This document shows, piece after piece, positions 48,101 through 56,588 of a DNA stretch of 64,000 nucleotides. Numbering within the stretch: position 1 is the stretch's first letter; the number at the start of each line of letters is the position of its first letter. Source of the DNA: an uncultured Chloroflexia bacterium (lineage in GTDB: Bacteria; Chloroflexota; Anaerolineae; CG2-30-64-16); the NCBI GenBank assembly GCA_963774265.1, contig CAVZDU010000001.1, positions 544,001 through 608,000 of the forward strand, written 5' to 3'. The position numbers and the translations under genes are program-made. The notes below the pieces were generated by a model. It saw nothing but the letters and a program-made list of their open reading frames with translations. It was not told where the DNA came from and made no database searches.

Positions 48101-51100
48101 GCACATCCCAGCGCGGTGACGACCGACCCGGATTTCGGCAATGAGGTGGCGATGCGAGGCGGGGGCGACGAGGTCGTGAACTGGACCAGCATCGAGCTGG
48201 GACCCGGCGCCTATCGTGTCCTGGTGCGTGGCCGCGCCGTGAAGTACCCCCGCGACCTGATGCGGGTTGAGATTCTCGCCGGCAAAACGCCTCTCTTCGA
48301 GCGTGAGTATCCGCTGATGTCGGGCGTATACCGCTGGCATAGTTCTGATCTCATCACCCTGGCTGCGCCCGCAACGTTGCAGGTGGTTGTCCGCGACCTG
48401 GGTGAAGCTGAAGCGAGTGTGATGGTGGATCAACTCATGATCGCGGCCGCGGACGACGAGTTTGCTTTCTTACGCACCCTGGCGCTCGACGACGACACCG
48501 ATGAGGATGGGCTGACCGACGGCGATGAATCGGCCGAGCGCACGCTCTGGTTGGAGGCGGAGGACTACCGCGAATCGGGGCAGGGGCTCGTGGCCGACCT
48601 CGGTGCGTCAAACAGCTTCGCGTTAGCCACGGCCTCTCTCCAGGAGACCATGGTGACCTTCGCGCCCGAATACAAGTTCCTGCCGGGGGAGTACCAGGTC
48701 TTTGCACGCGTCCGGTGGGATCCCCGGGCTGGGCACCAGCCGGACCTGCTCTTCCACGTCGAGACCCCGGGCGGCGCTAGCGACCTGCACCTGCAAGAGA
48801 TCACCGATCAGTACGAGTGGCAGCCGCTTAGCGACGTTTTCGAGATCGGGCAGGATGGCGCGCTCTCGCTGACCGTTCAGGCGAACGGAGCCGAGCCGGG
48901 GGCCGCGTACCTGGACAAGTTGCTGCTCGTGCCGCTACCGTTCACACTGCGCGCCGTTGAAGTTGGCGACCCTGTCTGGTCTGAACCCTTCGAGGGTGTG
49001 CGCCCCTTCCCCGGCGACCCGTGGGGCGGCGGCCCGCCGGCCACCAAGATGCAGTTCATCGTCGGACAGCCGCGGCTCAAGACCGACCCGCTCGATATGG
49101 ACACGGACGGCGACGGCGAGCGCCTGTACCCTGGTGTCATCGCGGACTCCAAAGGTTGGCTGACCGATGCCTTCGAGGTCAAGAGCCTGGGCACCAACCC
49201 CTTCTCAATAGACACGGACGGGGACGCGGACTTGTACCTCTGGGACGGCCATGGATGGACCTTCCAGCCCGACTTCATCCTCGACGACAACGGCGGTTGG
49301 GATGCGAACAACGACTGCATCCCTGACGGCGCGCCAGGCAACCCCGACGGCATGCCCGACTGGACCGACGCGACCGACTGCAATCCGTTGAGCATGGACT
49401 CGGATGACGACAATCTGCTGGATTCTATCGACCCGCTGCCCGCCGACGCCGACATTGATGATGATGGGCTCACGGACGGCGAGGAAGACCTCAGCCTCAA
49501 CGGTCACTTCGACGGGGACCCGGAAACCGATCTCGGCATGAACTACCCCGGCGACCCGAGCTACGATTGCCTTGAGGATGGGCTTCTGCCCGGGTGGGAT
49601 ACCGATGGGGATCTTATCTCCGACGGCACGGAACGCGGCCGGACCGAGCCGCAGGTGGACCCCCTGTACACTGATCTGCACTGTTTCATCGAAGACGCCG
49701 ATCCAAAAACAACCACCGATCCGCGACGCGATGACACGGACGGCGATGTGATCACCGACGGCGCGGAAGACACCGATCGCAACGGCCGGCAAGACGCCGG
49801 AGAGACCGCCAGCCACACACCCGATTCGGACGGCGACGGCCTGTGGGATGCCACGGACGTAGGCGCCCACTGGGGTGAGCTGACCGTCCACTATCTGGGG
49901 TCGGTCGGTCCCACCGACCCGCTTCTCACAGATACCGATGGTGACGGGCTGGGCGATGGCTTTGAGGTCGCGAGCCAGAAGCCCACGGACCCGCGCGACT
50001 CCGACACCGACCGAGACGGCGCGACGGACGGCCAGGAAGTCCTGGGCATGTTCGGCTACAAGACCGATCCCACGATCCAGGATACCGATGGCGACGGCAT
50101 CACAGACCACGAGGAGCTGGTCGCGGGCGCCGACGGCTATCTTACCAACCCGCTGGCCGCCGACACGGACAACGACGGCGTGGCTGACCAAGAGGAAGTG
50201 ACCTCAGGGGACGACGATTTCTCGACCGACCCGACGAAGGCAGATACCGACGGCGAGGGGCTCTCGGACGGCGAGGAGGTGACGGCGGGCGCGGACGGTT
50301 ATCTCACTGACCCGACGCAGGCCGATACGGACGGCGACGGCTTCTCCGACAAGGTTGAAGCCGACTACGGCGCGGATCCCATCGACGCCGCGGACAAGCC
50401 GGCCGAGGTGACGGCTGGCAGCGTCGCGGTGCAGACCGTCGGCGGCACGCAGTGGACCGCCCTCGGTGATGGCAGCTATCAGGCGACGGGCACGCTCATC
50501 CTGGCCGCGGTTGGCTCTGGCGAAACCACCTTAAGTTATGTCAACTCAAGGTGGGGGCCGTATGTCTACATGGCATACCCAGAGCAGCTGACCATTGAGC
50601 CGGCCGCGCTCCCACGGCCCGTGCGCGAGCGTTTGATGAGCGCGGACCAGGTCGACGCCGGCGCGGGCACGGTCACCATCAACGGCACCGTGACCGTGCT
50701 GCCGGGCGGCGTGGGCATCGACGCGACGGGCGCGCTGGTCGTCTCGCTCGGGCCCGGCGGGGACATGACGCTGGCCAGCAACGCATCCTACTCGGTGAAC
50801 CCCAGCACAGGGACTCTCACGGTCACCGGTAGCATGAACAGCCATGTCCAGATCGGAACGTGGAGCTTCGCGAGCTTTGACTCCTTCGACACCGGCGCCC
50901 AGGTCACAATCGACCTGGCTACAGGCGCAGTGGCTGGCAAGGCGGACGTCAAGGTGCTTATGGCGGTCACACCGCCGGTCTACAGCACGTTGACCGCCAG
51001 CTTCGTCTTCAGCCCGACCGGGCTGCTCCACCTGTATGCGCGTGGCGGAAGCGACGTCATCCCGCTCGACATGATTGGCGTGGACAATGACTTCACGATG

Positions 51101-53104
51101 GCCGAGGCGGAGATTTACATAAACGTACCGAATGTATCCTTCCTGGGCCGCGCCAAGCTGATCGATTGGCAGATCGGTGACGAGTTCTTCGAGGGCGGTG
51201 GGCCTTCGCTGGAGATCGGCCTGGATCGGACCCGGGATCGCTTCTGGTTCAGCGCGGACCTGTCCGTCGAGGCGAAGATCCAGGCAGGCGGTCTTTCACT
51301 GACGGTTTCCCCGCCTGCGGGAGGCCACTTCGCCTTTGAAACCGGCATCGTCCGTCCCTATTGGTTGATCCGTGCCGGTCTCGAGCTGCCGCCGGTGAGC
51401 GAGGTGCTGAGCATCAACGAGGTGCTCATCGAGATCGATCCTTCGGGCCACGCCATGCTGACGCCCACCTATCCGGTCGGTGACATCCTGACCGGCCCGA
51501 TCGCCGGACATCTCCGCCTGCTGGGAGACGTGACGGTCCATGTCCCGATACCTCTTCCGGCGGCCGCCGCACAGACGGACGCCGAGGAGCCCAACGAGAC
51601 CGAGGCGGCGCCCGATGGCGCCTCCTCCGAGGGCCCGACGTTGGACATCCACCTGGCCGGCGAAATCCTGTGGCGGTTGGACCTCACCGGCTGCAATCAC
51701 GTCCTGGCCGCCAACTCGACGATCGGGCTAGGTGTATCGGTGGCGGGGGTGGGCCTGATGTATGACTTCGGTGGGAGTAGCATGCATCTGGCCATGGGCG
51801 GCGACCTGCCTTATTGCTCCCCGGAACTGCTGTCCATCTCGATGGTCCAGAACGGGATCGAGCTGGGCAACTTCGGCAGTCCGGCGCTCGACGAGCTGGG
51901 CAGGATCAATCTGCAGCCCCAGGTGGGCGTCGCCGTGGAGTTCAACATCCCTGCAGCAACGATGCAGCTTGCCGGCGAGTATGAAGTCGGGCCGTTTGAG
52001 TTCGGGGCGTCATTCCTCCTGGACGTGCAGAAAAACGAGATGACCGTGTCGGCATCCCTCGACATGGCGGTGCTGGATGCAGGCGTTCTACTGACGGGAT
52101 CGCTGGGGTTCGACGGCGTGCTGGCGTTGGGCGGCAGCGCGACCGTGGGTGTGGCCGGCTTCGATGTTTTCAACAGCAGCTTTGCCTTCACCAACAACCC
52201 GGCCCCGCCGGGGACGCATATGCTCACCGCTTCCGGCAGCCTCACCATCCCCGTCGTCGGCAACGCGATGATGAGCGGGTGGCTGGATGCCGACGGCAGC
52301 TTCAGGCTGACCGGCGGCGGCGGCCTCTCGCCCGGTGGATTTAGCCTTGCGAGCGCCACTTTCACATGGACACAGACCCAGCTGAGCTTCGGCGGCACGC
52401 TGACAGTGCCCGGCGGGATCGGGACGGTCGCCGTCAGCGGTGCGGCCACGCCCACCAGCTTCAATCTGACCGGGAGCGCCACCCTGGGGTTGGGCGGCTT
52501 CAACATGGGCGCGACCGTCACCCTCAACAATTACGGCCTCAACGCGTCCGGCAGTGTGGGGGTGGCGGGCACGACGGTGTCTATGGCTGGCTACATCCAC
52601 ACCGACGGCACCTATCTGCTCACGGCAAGCACCACCGTCGCCTTGCAGGGCTATCAGCTCGCCTCGGCCACGTTCACGCTCGAGAAGACGACGAGCAACT
52701 TCCGCTTCCAGGCGCTCGGCGACCTGACCCTCGGCAGCCGGACGCTCGCGTCGGTCACGGTCAACTTCCAGACTGACGGTGGGTTCAGCGCGGGCATCGC
52801 GATCACCTGGGGTTACACCTTCACCGCGACGCTGTCTGTGAGCAATACCGGCAGCTTCGACTTCACGACCGCCGCACAAAACCTTGGCCTGTCGGCAGCC
52901 GGTTGTTCGCTCAGCGGCAGCTACAGCTTGCATGTGTGGGGCACGGATGCGCTCCACGTTAGCTTCAGCGCCAGTGGTACGGCTAGCGTGAAACTCAGTG
53001 GCGTGACCGTCTTCAGCGGCGGCATTGGGGTGTCAAGTGCGGGGAAGATCACTGTGACTTACAGCACCTGGCTTGGCAATGTATCGGTGACGTTCTCGAT
53101 CTGA
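45122..53104 (+). CDS. Giant secreted protein (2660 aa): SdrD-B-like domain, dockerin-like module, TSP3-like Ca-binding repeats, two CBM-like modules, beta-rich C-terminal region
   Basis: Signal peptide; GLVWHDTDAD...EPGL...DVGY; paired EF-hand-like DVDNDC.VD..D / DLNGD..VD..DL; dozens of DP...DTDGDGL.DG.E units; two EAED...PG.Y...(V/L)D modules. Confidence 0.8.
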   Translation: MSGLRSLRLVLVFTLLLALVPPVSARSTIPIPDAKPLAANGVSGLVWHDTDADRLQGGSEPGLPHVKLCLYQELAPPNGHVDPGESPIACAFSSGIDGTFTITDVTPADYVLAVETATVLSLYELTTASTEFGTLSIEAEMLTGFDVGYRTNLPADVDNDCTVDVVDIEIVSTAFGSTSSPYDLNGDDIVDELDLEIAARFWGSRHACDFADGDLDWLPDAFEDPNANGTVDPGESDPGFADTDGDALDDYHEVMFYGTDPLARDSDGDGLDDRDEVLNYASDPENADSDADGISDGVEVHFTGTDPVRGDTDGDGLLDPVEDADYDGVLDAGETSPNSADTDEDGLWDGNNVVQALALAAAMPEVSILPMADTIFGELDAGTNPRLADTDSDTIGDGEEVRLGTNPLAPDTDADGLNDAEELSEGIDGFFTDPKSADSDADTIEDGAERDYGCNPLIVDGDGDKLDDARELKEAGTLCNDPDSDDDGLLDGAEVDVYGTDPLSGDSDEDKMPDPWEVEHALNPLADDAGADPDEDLVINLREYIGADGDPATTADATDPNNPDTDADLLSDGDELDKYLTKAYDSDSDGDQARDGDEVRFGTYPLVSDSDGDGIPDGVEAAWAVDVDNDGLICALDLDCDGDGIPDNQEDTDLDGKIAGDTNEDRRRDAGETWTESDPASVDSDNDGMSDDWEVAHGFDPRNPADGDSDADADGLTNTLECSLGSNPRATDSDGDSLPDGFEHAQGLDPTDPADADQDKDSDGLSNRVEYAAGLPIDDFDADDDGLRDGEELAWSADTDGDGTIDAKDADADNDGIVDGVEVFNYTTSPVLADTDGDTLSDYTELFTCHSDPLLVDTDGDTLADDEEVRLGADDYLTNPLSRDTDGDTLTDDFEVTTDPTRADTDSDGADDAQEIILGSNPLNPDTDADGLADGQEIRLGTSPTSPDTDGDGVPDGIDPDPLSVDTDRDGLRDGVELVPGWNGDWMEAEDGDAHPSAVTTDPDFGNEVAMRGGGDEVVNWTSIELGPGAYRVLVRGRAVKYPRDLMRVEILAGKTPLFEREYPLMSGVYRWHSSDLITLAAPATLQVVVRDLGEAEASVMVDQLMIAAADDEFAFLRTLALDDDTDEDGLTDGDESAERTLWLEAEDYRESGQGLVADLGASNSFALATASLQETMVTFAPEYKFLPGEYQVFARVRWDPRAGHQPDLLFHVETPGGASDLHLQEITDQYEWQPLSDVFEIGQDGALSLTVQANGAEPGAAYLDKLLLVPLPFTLRAVEVGDPVWSEPFEGVRPFPGDPWGGGPPATKMQFIVGQPRLKTDPLDMDTDGDGERLYPGVIADSKGWLTDAFEVKSLGTNPFSIDTDGDADLYLWDGHGWTFQPDFILDDNGGWDANNDCIPDGAPGNPDGMPDWTDATDCNPLSMDSDDDNLLDSIDPLPADADIDDDGLTDGEEDLSLNGHFDGDPETDLGMNYPGDPSYDCLEDGLLPGWDTDGDLISDGTERGRTEPQVDPLYTDLHCFIEDADPKTTTDPRRDDTDGDVITDGAEDTDRNGRQDAGETASHTPDSDGDGLWDATDVGAHWGELTVHYLGSVGPTDPLLTDTDGDGLGDGFEVASQKPTDPRDSDTDRDGATDGQEVLGMFGYKTDPTIQDTDGDGITDHEELVAGADGYLTNPLAADTDNDGVADQEEVTSGDDDFSTDPTKADTDGEGLSDGEEVTAGADGYLTDPTQADTDGDGFSDKVEADYGADPIDAADKPAEVTAGSVAVQTVGGTQWTALGDGSYQATGTLILAAVGSGETTLSYVNSRWGPYVYMAYPEQLTIEPAALPRPVRERLMSADQVDAGAGTVTINGTVTVLPGGVGIDATGALVVSLGPGGDMTLASNASYSVNPSTGTLTVTGSMNSHVQIGTWSFASFDSFDTGAQVTIDLATGAVAGKADVKVLMAVTPPVYSTLTASFVFSPTGLLHLYARGGSDVIPLDMIGVDNDFTMAEAEIYINVPNVSFLGRAKLIDWQIGDEFFEGGGPSLEIGLDRTRDRFWFSADLSVEAKIQAGGLSLTVSPPAGGHFAFETGIVRPYWLIRAGLELPPVSEVLSINEVLIEIDPSGHAMLTPTYPVGDILTGPIAGHLRLLGDVTVHVPIPLPAAAAQTDAEEPNETEAAPDGASSEGPTLDIHLAGEILWRLDLTGCNHVLAANSTIGLGVSVAGVGLMYDFGGSSMHLAMGGDLPYCSPELLSISMVQNGIELGNFGSPALDELGRINLQPQVGVAVEFNIPAATMQLAGEYEVGPFEFGASFLLDVQKNEMTVSASLDMAVLDAGVLLTGSLGFDGVLALGGSATVGVAGFDVFNSSFAFTNNPAPPGTHMLTASGSLTIPVVGNAMMSGWLDADGSFRLTGGGGLSPGGFSLASATFTWTQTQLSFGGTLTVPGGIGTVAVSGAATPTSFNLTGSATLGLGGFNMGATVTLNNYGLNASGSVGVAGTTVSMAGYIHTDGTYLLTASTTVALQGYQLASATFTLEKTTSNFRFQALGDLTLGSRTLASVTVNFQTDGGFSAGIAITWGYTFTATLSVSNTGSFDFTTAAQNLGLSAAGCSLSGSYSLHVWGTDALHVSFSASGTASVKLSGVTVFSGGIGVSSAGKITVTYSTWLGNVSVTFSI

Positions 53105-53117
53105 TCAGGAGGGCGCG

Positions 53118-54005
53118 ATGAACCGTACAGTGCAGTCCATTGTGGTGGTGGCAGGCCTTCTCGCGTTCCTGCTGGCAACGCCAGCAGGAACGCGGGTCGA
53201 TGCCCGCGCTTTGGCGGGGCCGGATGCCACCGCTCGCATTGGCTTCAGCCAGGATGTCTACGACGTCACTGTCGGCGATGATTTCTCCGTCGTGATGATC
53301 GTGGAGGATGCCGACGCGCTGGGAGGATGGGAGACTGTCCTCGCCTATGATCCGGCTGTGGTGGGGTCCACTGCGCTCTCTGCAGGCGGTTTTCTGACCG
53401 CAGGGGGTCGCGAGGCGGCGCTGCTCGGGCCGGACGGCGATCCTGGGAGCGGGCAGGTCGCGCTGGGCGGCTATTCCTGGGACCCTACAGGGGGCATCCC
53501 GCACGGGGTCAGTGGCGGGGGTGAGCTCGCCCGCCTCGATCTGCACGCCGTTGCGGTCGGCCAGTCCGTGCTGGCTCTTAGCGATACCGCTACCTTGCTC
53601 GCCTCGGTTCACGCCACAAGCGTGACGCCCCAGTACGCCGAGCAGCACACGGCGCTGGTTAACGTGTACGCCGCGCCCAGCGCGCCGGAGGCAGCCCCCG
53701 CCCTCGATGGTAGCCAGGTCGAGATCACATGGCACGTTGCAGCTAACACGTCCTATCAGATGTGGAGGAGTACCTCACCATACTTCGTGCCAGGTGAGGG
53801 CGACAGCATTGTGATCGCGGACTATTCCTCGACCGTCCAGAACAACTGCAGCTTGGTTGGAGAGACGATCACCTGCTTCGACCCCTACGAGCACGTGGTG
53901 CCGGGCACGTTTTTCTACATCGTCCAGAGCCTCAATCCTGCCGGCGCAACAGCGACTTCGCGATGCATCGGTGCGTTTATCTTTCCCATCCAGGGAGGGA
54001 GTTGA
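53118..54005 (+). CDS. Secreted cohesin-domain protein with FN3-like C-terminal domain
   Basis: Signal peptide; V.VGDDFSV.M.V....L.GWE..L.YDP.VV...G.FL...SG.G.LA.L.L.A..VG.S.L.L cohesin pattern; ITW...YQMWRS...FFYIVQS.N..G. Confidence 0.75.
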   Translation: MNRTVQSIVVVAGLLAFLLATPAGTRVDARALAGPDATARIGFSQDVYDVTVGDDFSVVMIVEDADALGGWETVLAYDPAVVGSTALSAGGFLTAGGREAALLGPDGDPGSGQVALGGYSWDPTGGIPHGVSGGGELARLDLHAVAVGQSVLALSDTATLLASVHATSVTPQYAEQHTALVNVYAAPSAPEAAPALDGSQVEITWHVAANTSYQMWRSTSPYFVPGEGDSIVIADYSSTVQNNCSLVGETITCFDPYEHVVPGTFFYIVQSLNPAGATATSRCIGAFIFPIQGGS

Positions 54006-54305
54006 GACGCAGATAGGTGGCCAGGCACATACATCGGCATCTAGCCGGGCGCAGTCTTCCCGGCCGCTGAGCGCATGCCAGGCTGTTCCGCCCTGGTCTT
54101 CATGATTCGCTTGAGCGTCCATTACTTGTCCTCGCCTCGATCCATTTCCCAGAAACACAGCACAAACGCCTGTCCGCAAATGAGCCATCTCGGTCCGAGT
54201 TTACAGGCCGGTCGCAATGCACTATAGTTTCCCAATCAACGGTCAATTACGTATGCCTTGGCTGTGTTCTCATCGGCCAAGCCCACTGGGGGCTTTTGAA
54301 GAACT

Positions 54306-55580
54306 ATGATTACAGAACCTCAAGCAGCGCCGATTGACGCGCCGGCCCTAAAAACCGGTATTCGTCAGCTACCCCGTAACGTGTGGGCGGTGAGCCTGAC
54401 GAGTTTCTTGATGGACATCTCCAGCGAGATGGTCATCAATATCCTGCCGCTCTTCCTGTCCAACGTCCTCGGCGTCAAAACCAACGTCATCGGCGTCATC
54501 GAGGGCACGGCCGAGGCAGTCGCGAGCATCTTGAAAGTCTTTTCGGGCTGGCTGTCAGATCGGGTGGGTGGTCGCAAGTGGCTGGCGGTGGTCGGCTATG
54601 GCTTTTCAGCCCTCACTAAGCCCTTCTTCTACTTCGCCAATACATGGGGGGCAGTGGCTGGTGCGCGCTGGGCCGACCGCGTGGGCAAAGGCATCCGCAC
54701 GGCGCCCCGTGACGCGCTCGTCGCCGATTCGATCGACGAGCGCAACCGTGGGCTGGCCTTCGGCTTTCACCGCGCGGCCGACACGGCGGGGGCCATGCTC
54801 GGTCTGCTCATCGCACTCGGAATCGTCTGGGCCGCGCAGCGTGGCGCGGTCGCGTTGGGCGAGGGCCCCTTCCGAACCATCGTCTTGGTCAGTATCATCC
54901 CAGCCGTGTTGGCGGTGGTGTCACTCACCGTTTTGGCCCGCGACGTCCCCGTTGCAGGGCAGCGCGCGGCCCCGAAGTTCGCCTTCCGCGCCCTCGGCAA
55001 GCCGTTCATGATCTTCATGCTGATCGTAGGCGTGTTTGACCTCGGCAACTCCTCCGATGCCTTCCTGGTTCTGCGCGCTCAAGAGCGTGGCCTCAGCGTG
55101 GTCGGCATCCTCGCGATGCTCATCACCTTCAATCTCATTTACACGCTGATCTCCACGCCCGCGGGTGCGCTATCCGACCGCATCGGCCGCCGCAAGATCA
55201 TCATCGGCGGCTGGATCGCCTACGCAGTCATCTATCTCGGCTTTGGCTTCGCGCAAACCGCCTGGCAAATCTGGGTGCTCTACGCCATCTATGGGCTGTA
55301 CTATGGCATGGCCTACGGCACGGCCAAGGCATTGGTGGCCGATCTGGTTCCCGCCGAGCTGCGCGGCACGGCCTACGGCACCTACAACGCCATCTTGGGA
55401 ATCCTGGATTTCCCCGCTTCGGCCATCGCCGGCATCCTGTGGCAGGGGATCGGTGGCTGGCAGGGGTTCGGCCCGTCCGCACCCTTCATCTTCGGCGGCG
55501 TGCTCGCGCTGCTCGCCACCCTGCTGCTCTCCGTCACAGGCATTGGCCGTGCGCCTCACCCTCCGTCCGCGACAGCGTGA
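54306..55580 (+). CDS. MFS transporter
   Basis: About 12 TMs; DISSEM, GWLSDRVGGRK, DRVGKGIRTAPRDAL and GALSDRIGRR. Confidence 0.9.
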   Translation: MITEPQAAPIDAPALKTGIRQLPRNVWAVSLTSFLMDISSEMVINILPLFLSNVLGVKTNVIGVIEGTAEAVASILKVFSGWLSDRVGGRKWLAVVGYGFSALTKPFFYFANTWGAVAGARWADRVGKGIRTAPRDALVADSIDERNRGLAFGFHRAADTAGAMLGLLIALGIVWAAQRGAVALGEGPFRTIVLVSIIPAVLAVVSLTVLARDVPVAGQRAAPKFAFRALGKPFMIFMLIVGVFDLGNSSDAFLVLRAQERGLSVVGILAMLITFNLIYTLISTPAGALSDRIGRRKIIIGGWIAYAVIYLGFGFAQTAWQIWVLYAIYGLYYGMAYGTAKALVADLVPAELRGTAYGTYNAILGILDFPASAIAGILWQGIGGWQGFGPSAPFIFGGVLALLATLLLSVTGIGRAPHPPSATA

Positions 55581-55587
55581 TCAAGGG

Positions 55588-55615
55588 CCTGACAGGTTTC
55601 CCCGAACCTGTCAGG
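55588..55615. repeat. REP-like inverted repeat between convergent genes
   Basis: CCTGACAGGTT-TCCCCG-AACCTGTCAGG. Confidence 0.7.
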
Positions 55616-56412
55616 TGCCCACGACTCTCTCCATCAATCCCACCAAGGCCTGATTCACCGCGTGAGGGTTCTCCAACGGGCTCAAGTGTCCCGCATGGGG
55701 GATCACGACCAACCGCGCGCCTGGGTATCCGTGCGGCCATGGCCGCTGCGTCGGCCGGCGGCGTGATCGCATCCGCGTCACCAACGATGACCAGGGTCGG
55801 GACTGTGATCGTCGCCAGGGTGGCCGCGCTATCGATCCGGTCTCTCATCGCGCCCAGTGCACCGATCAGCCCCTCGACGGGCTGGCTCTGGATCATCTCC
55901 CGGAGCTGCGTTGTGATTCGCTCGTCAGCCAGGCTCTGTGGCGCCAGCAATTTGGGCATCATCTCGTCGGCCAGTAGGCCGGCGCCGGCCTCTCGCACCC
56001 ATGCCGCGGTCACATCCCGATTCGCTTTCCCGGCTGGCGTATCCGGCTCCGCCCGCGTGTCTACCAGAGCGATTCCCGCCACCCTCTCCGGGTGTCGCCT
56101 CCACAATGCCAGCGTTACATATCCGCCCATGCTAAGGCCCGCAACAATCGCCTTTTTCACGTCCAACCGGTCGAGCAGCGCGGCCAGATCGTCTGCGTGC
56201 TGGTCCATGGAGGATGGCCTTTGCGATGCGTCGGACAGCCCATGGCCCCGCAGGTCTGGCGCAATGACGCGCGTGTATCTTGCCAGTCCACTCAATTGTT
56301 CGCGCCACATCCGGCTATCCAGCGGGAATCCATGCACCAGCAGTAGCGTTTGCCCATCGCCTTCACCGCGCTCGCGAACCATCATCCGTACACCGTTAAC
56401 ATTGACGTCCAA
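55611..56412 (-). CDS. Alpha/beta hydrolase (PcaD-like; apparent frameshift near 55725)
   Basis: LVHGFP, PDLRGHG, nucleophile GLSMGG and VGDAD. The shifted frame restores IPHAGHLSPLENP with stop at 55611. Confidence 0.87.
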
Positions 56413-56588
56413 CTTGACCTCCTCATCGCCTGAGCTGGCCCCGCCTTGAACCCGCCGAGGTCTGGCCTTGATTCATCCTGCGCACACTCTCCAGGCTCAG
56501 CCTGCACAGTGTATCACAGGCCTGTATTCACAGGCCCGTATTCCCAGGCCGTGGTATACTTCGGCCGACTTCTTAAGCGGAGCGCGCA

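Noticed and set aside
45740-50400. Recurrent GACACCGACGGCGAC-type DNA repeats as a CRISPR array or DGR repeat
   Set aside because: They are in-frame codons for DTDGDG protein repeats with synonymous variation; no cas or reverse transcriptase gene is present.
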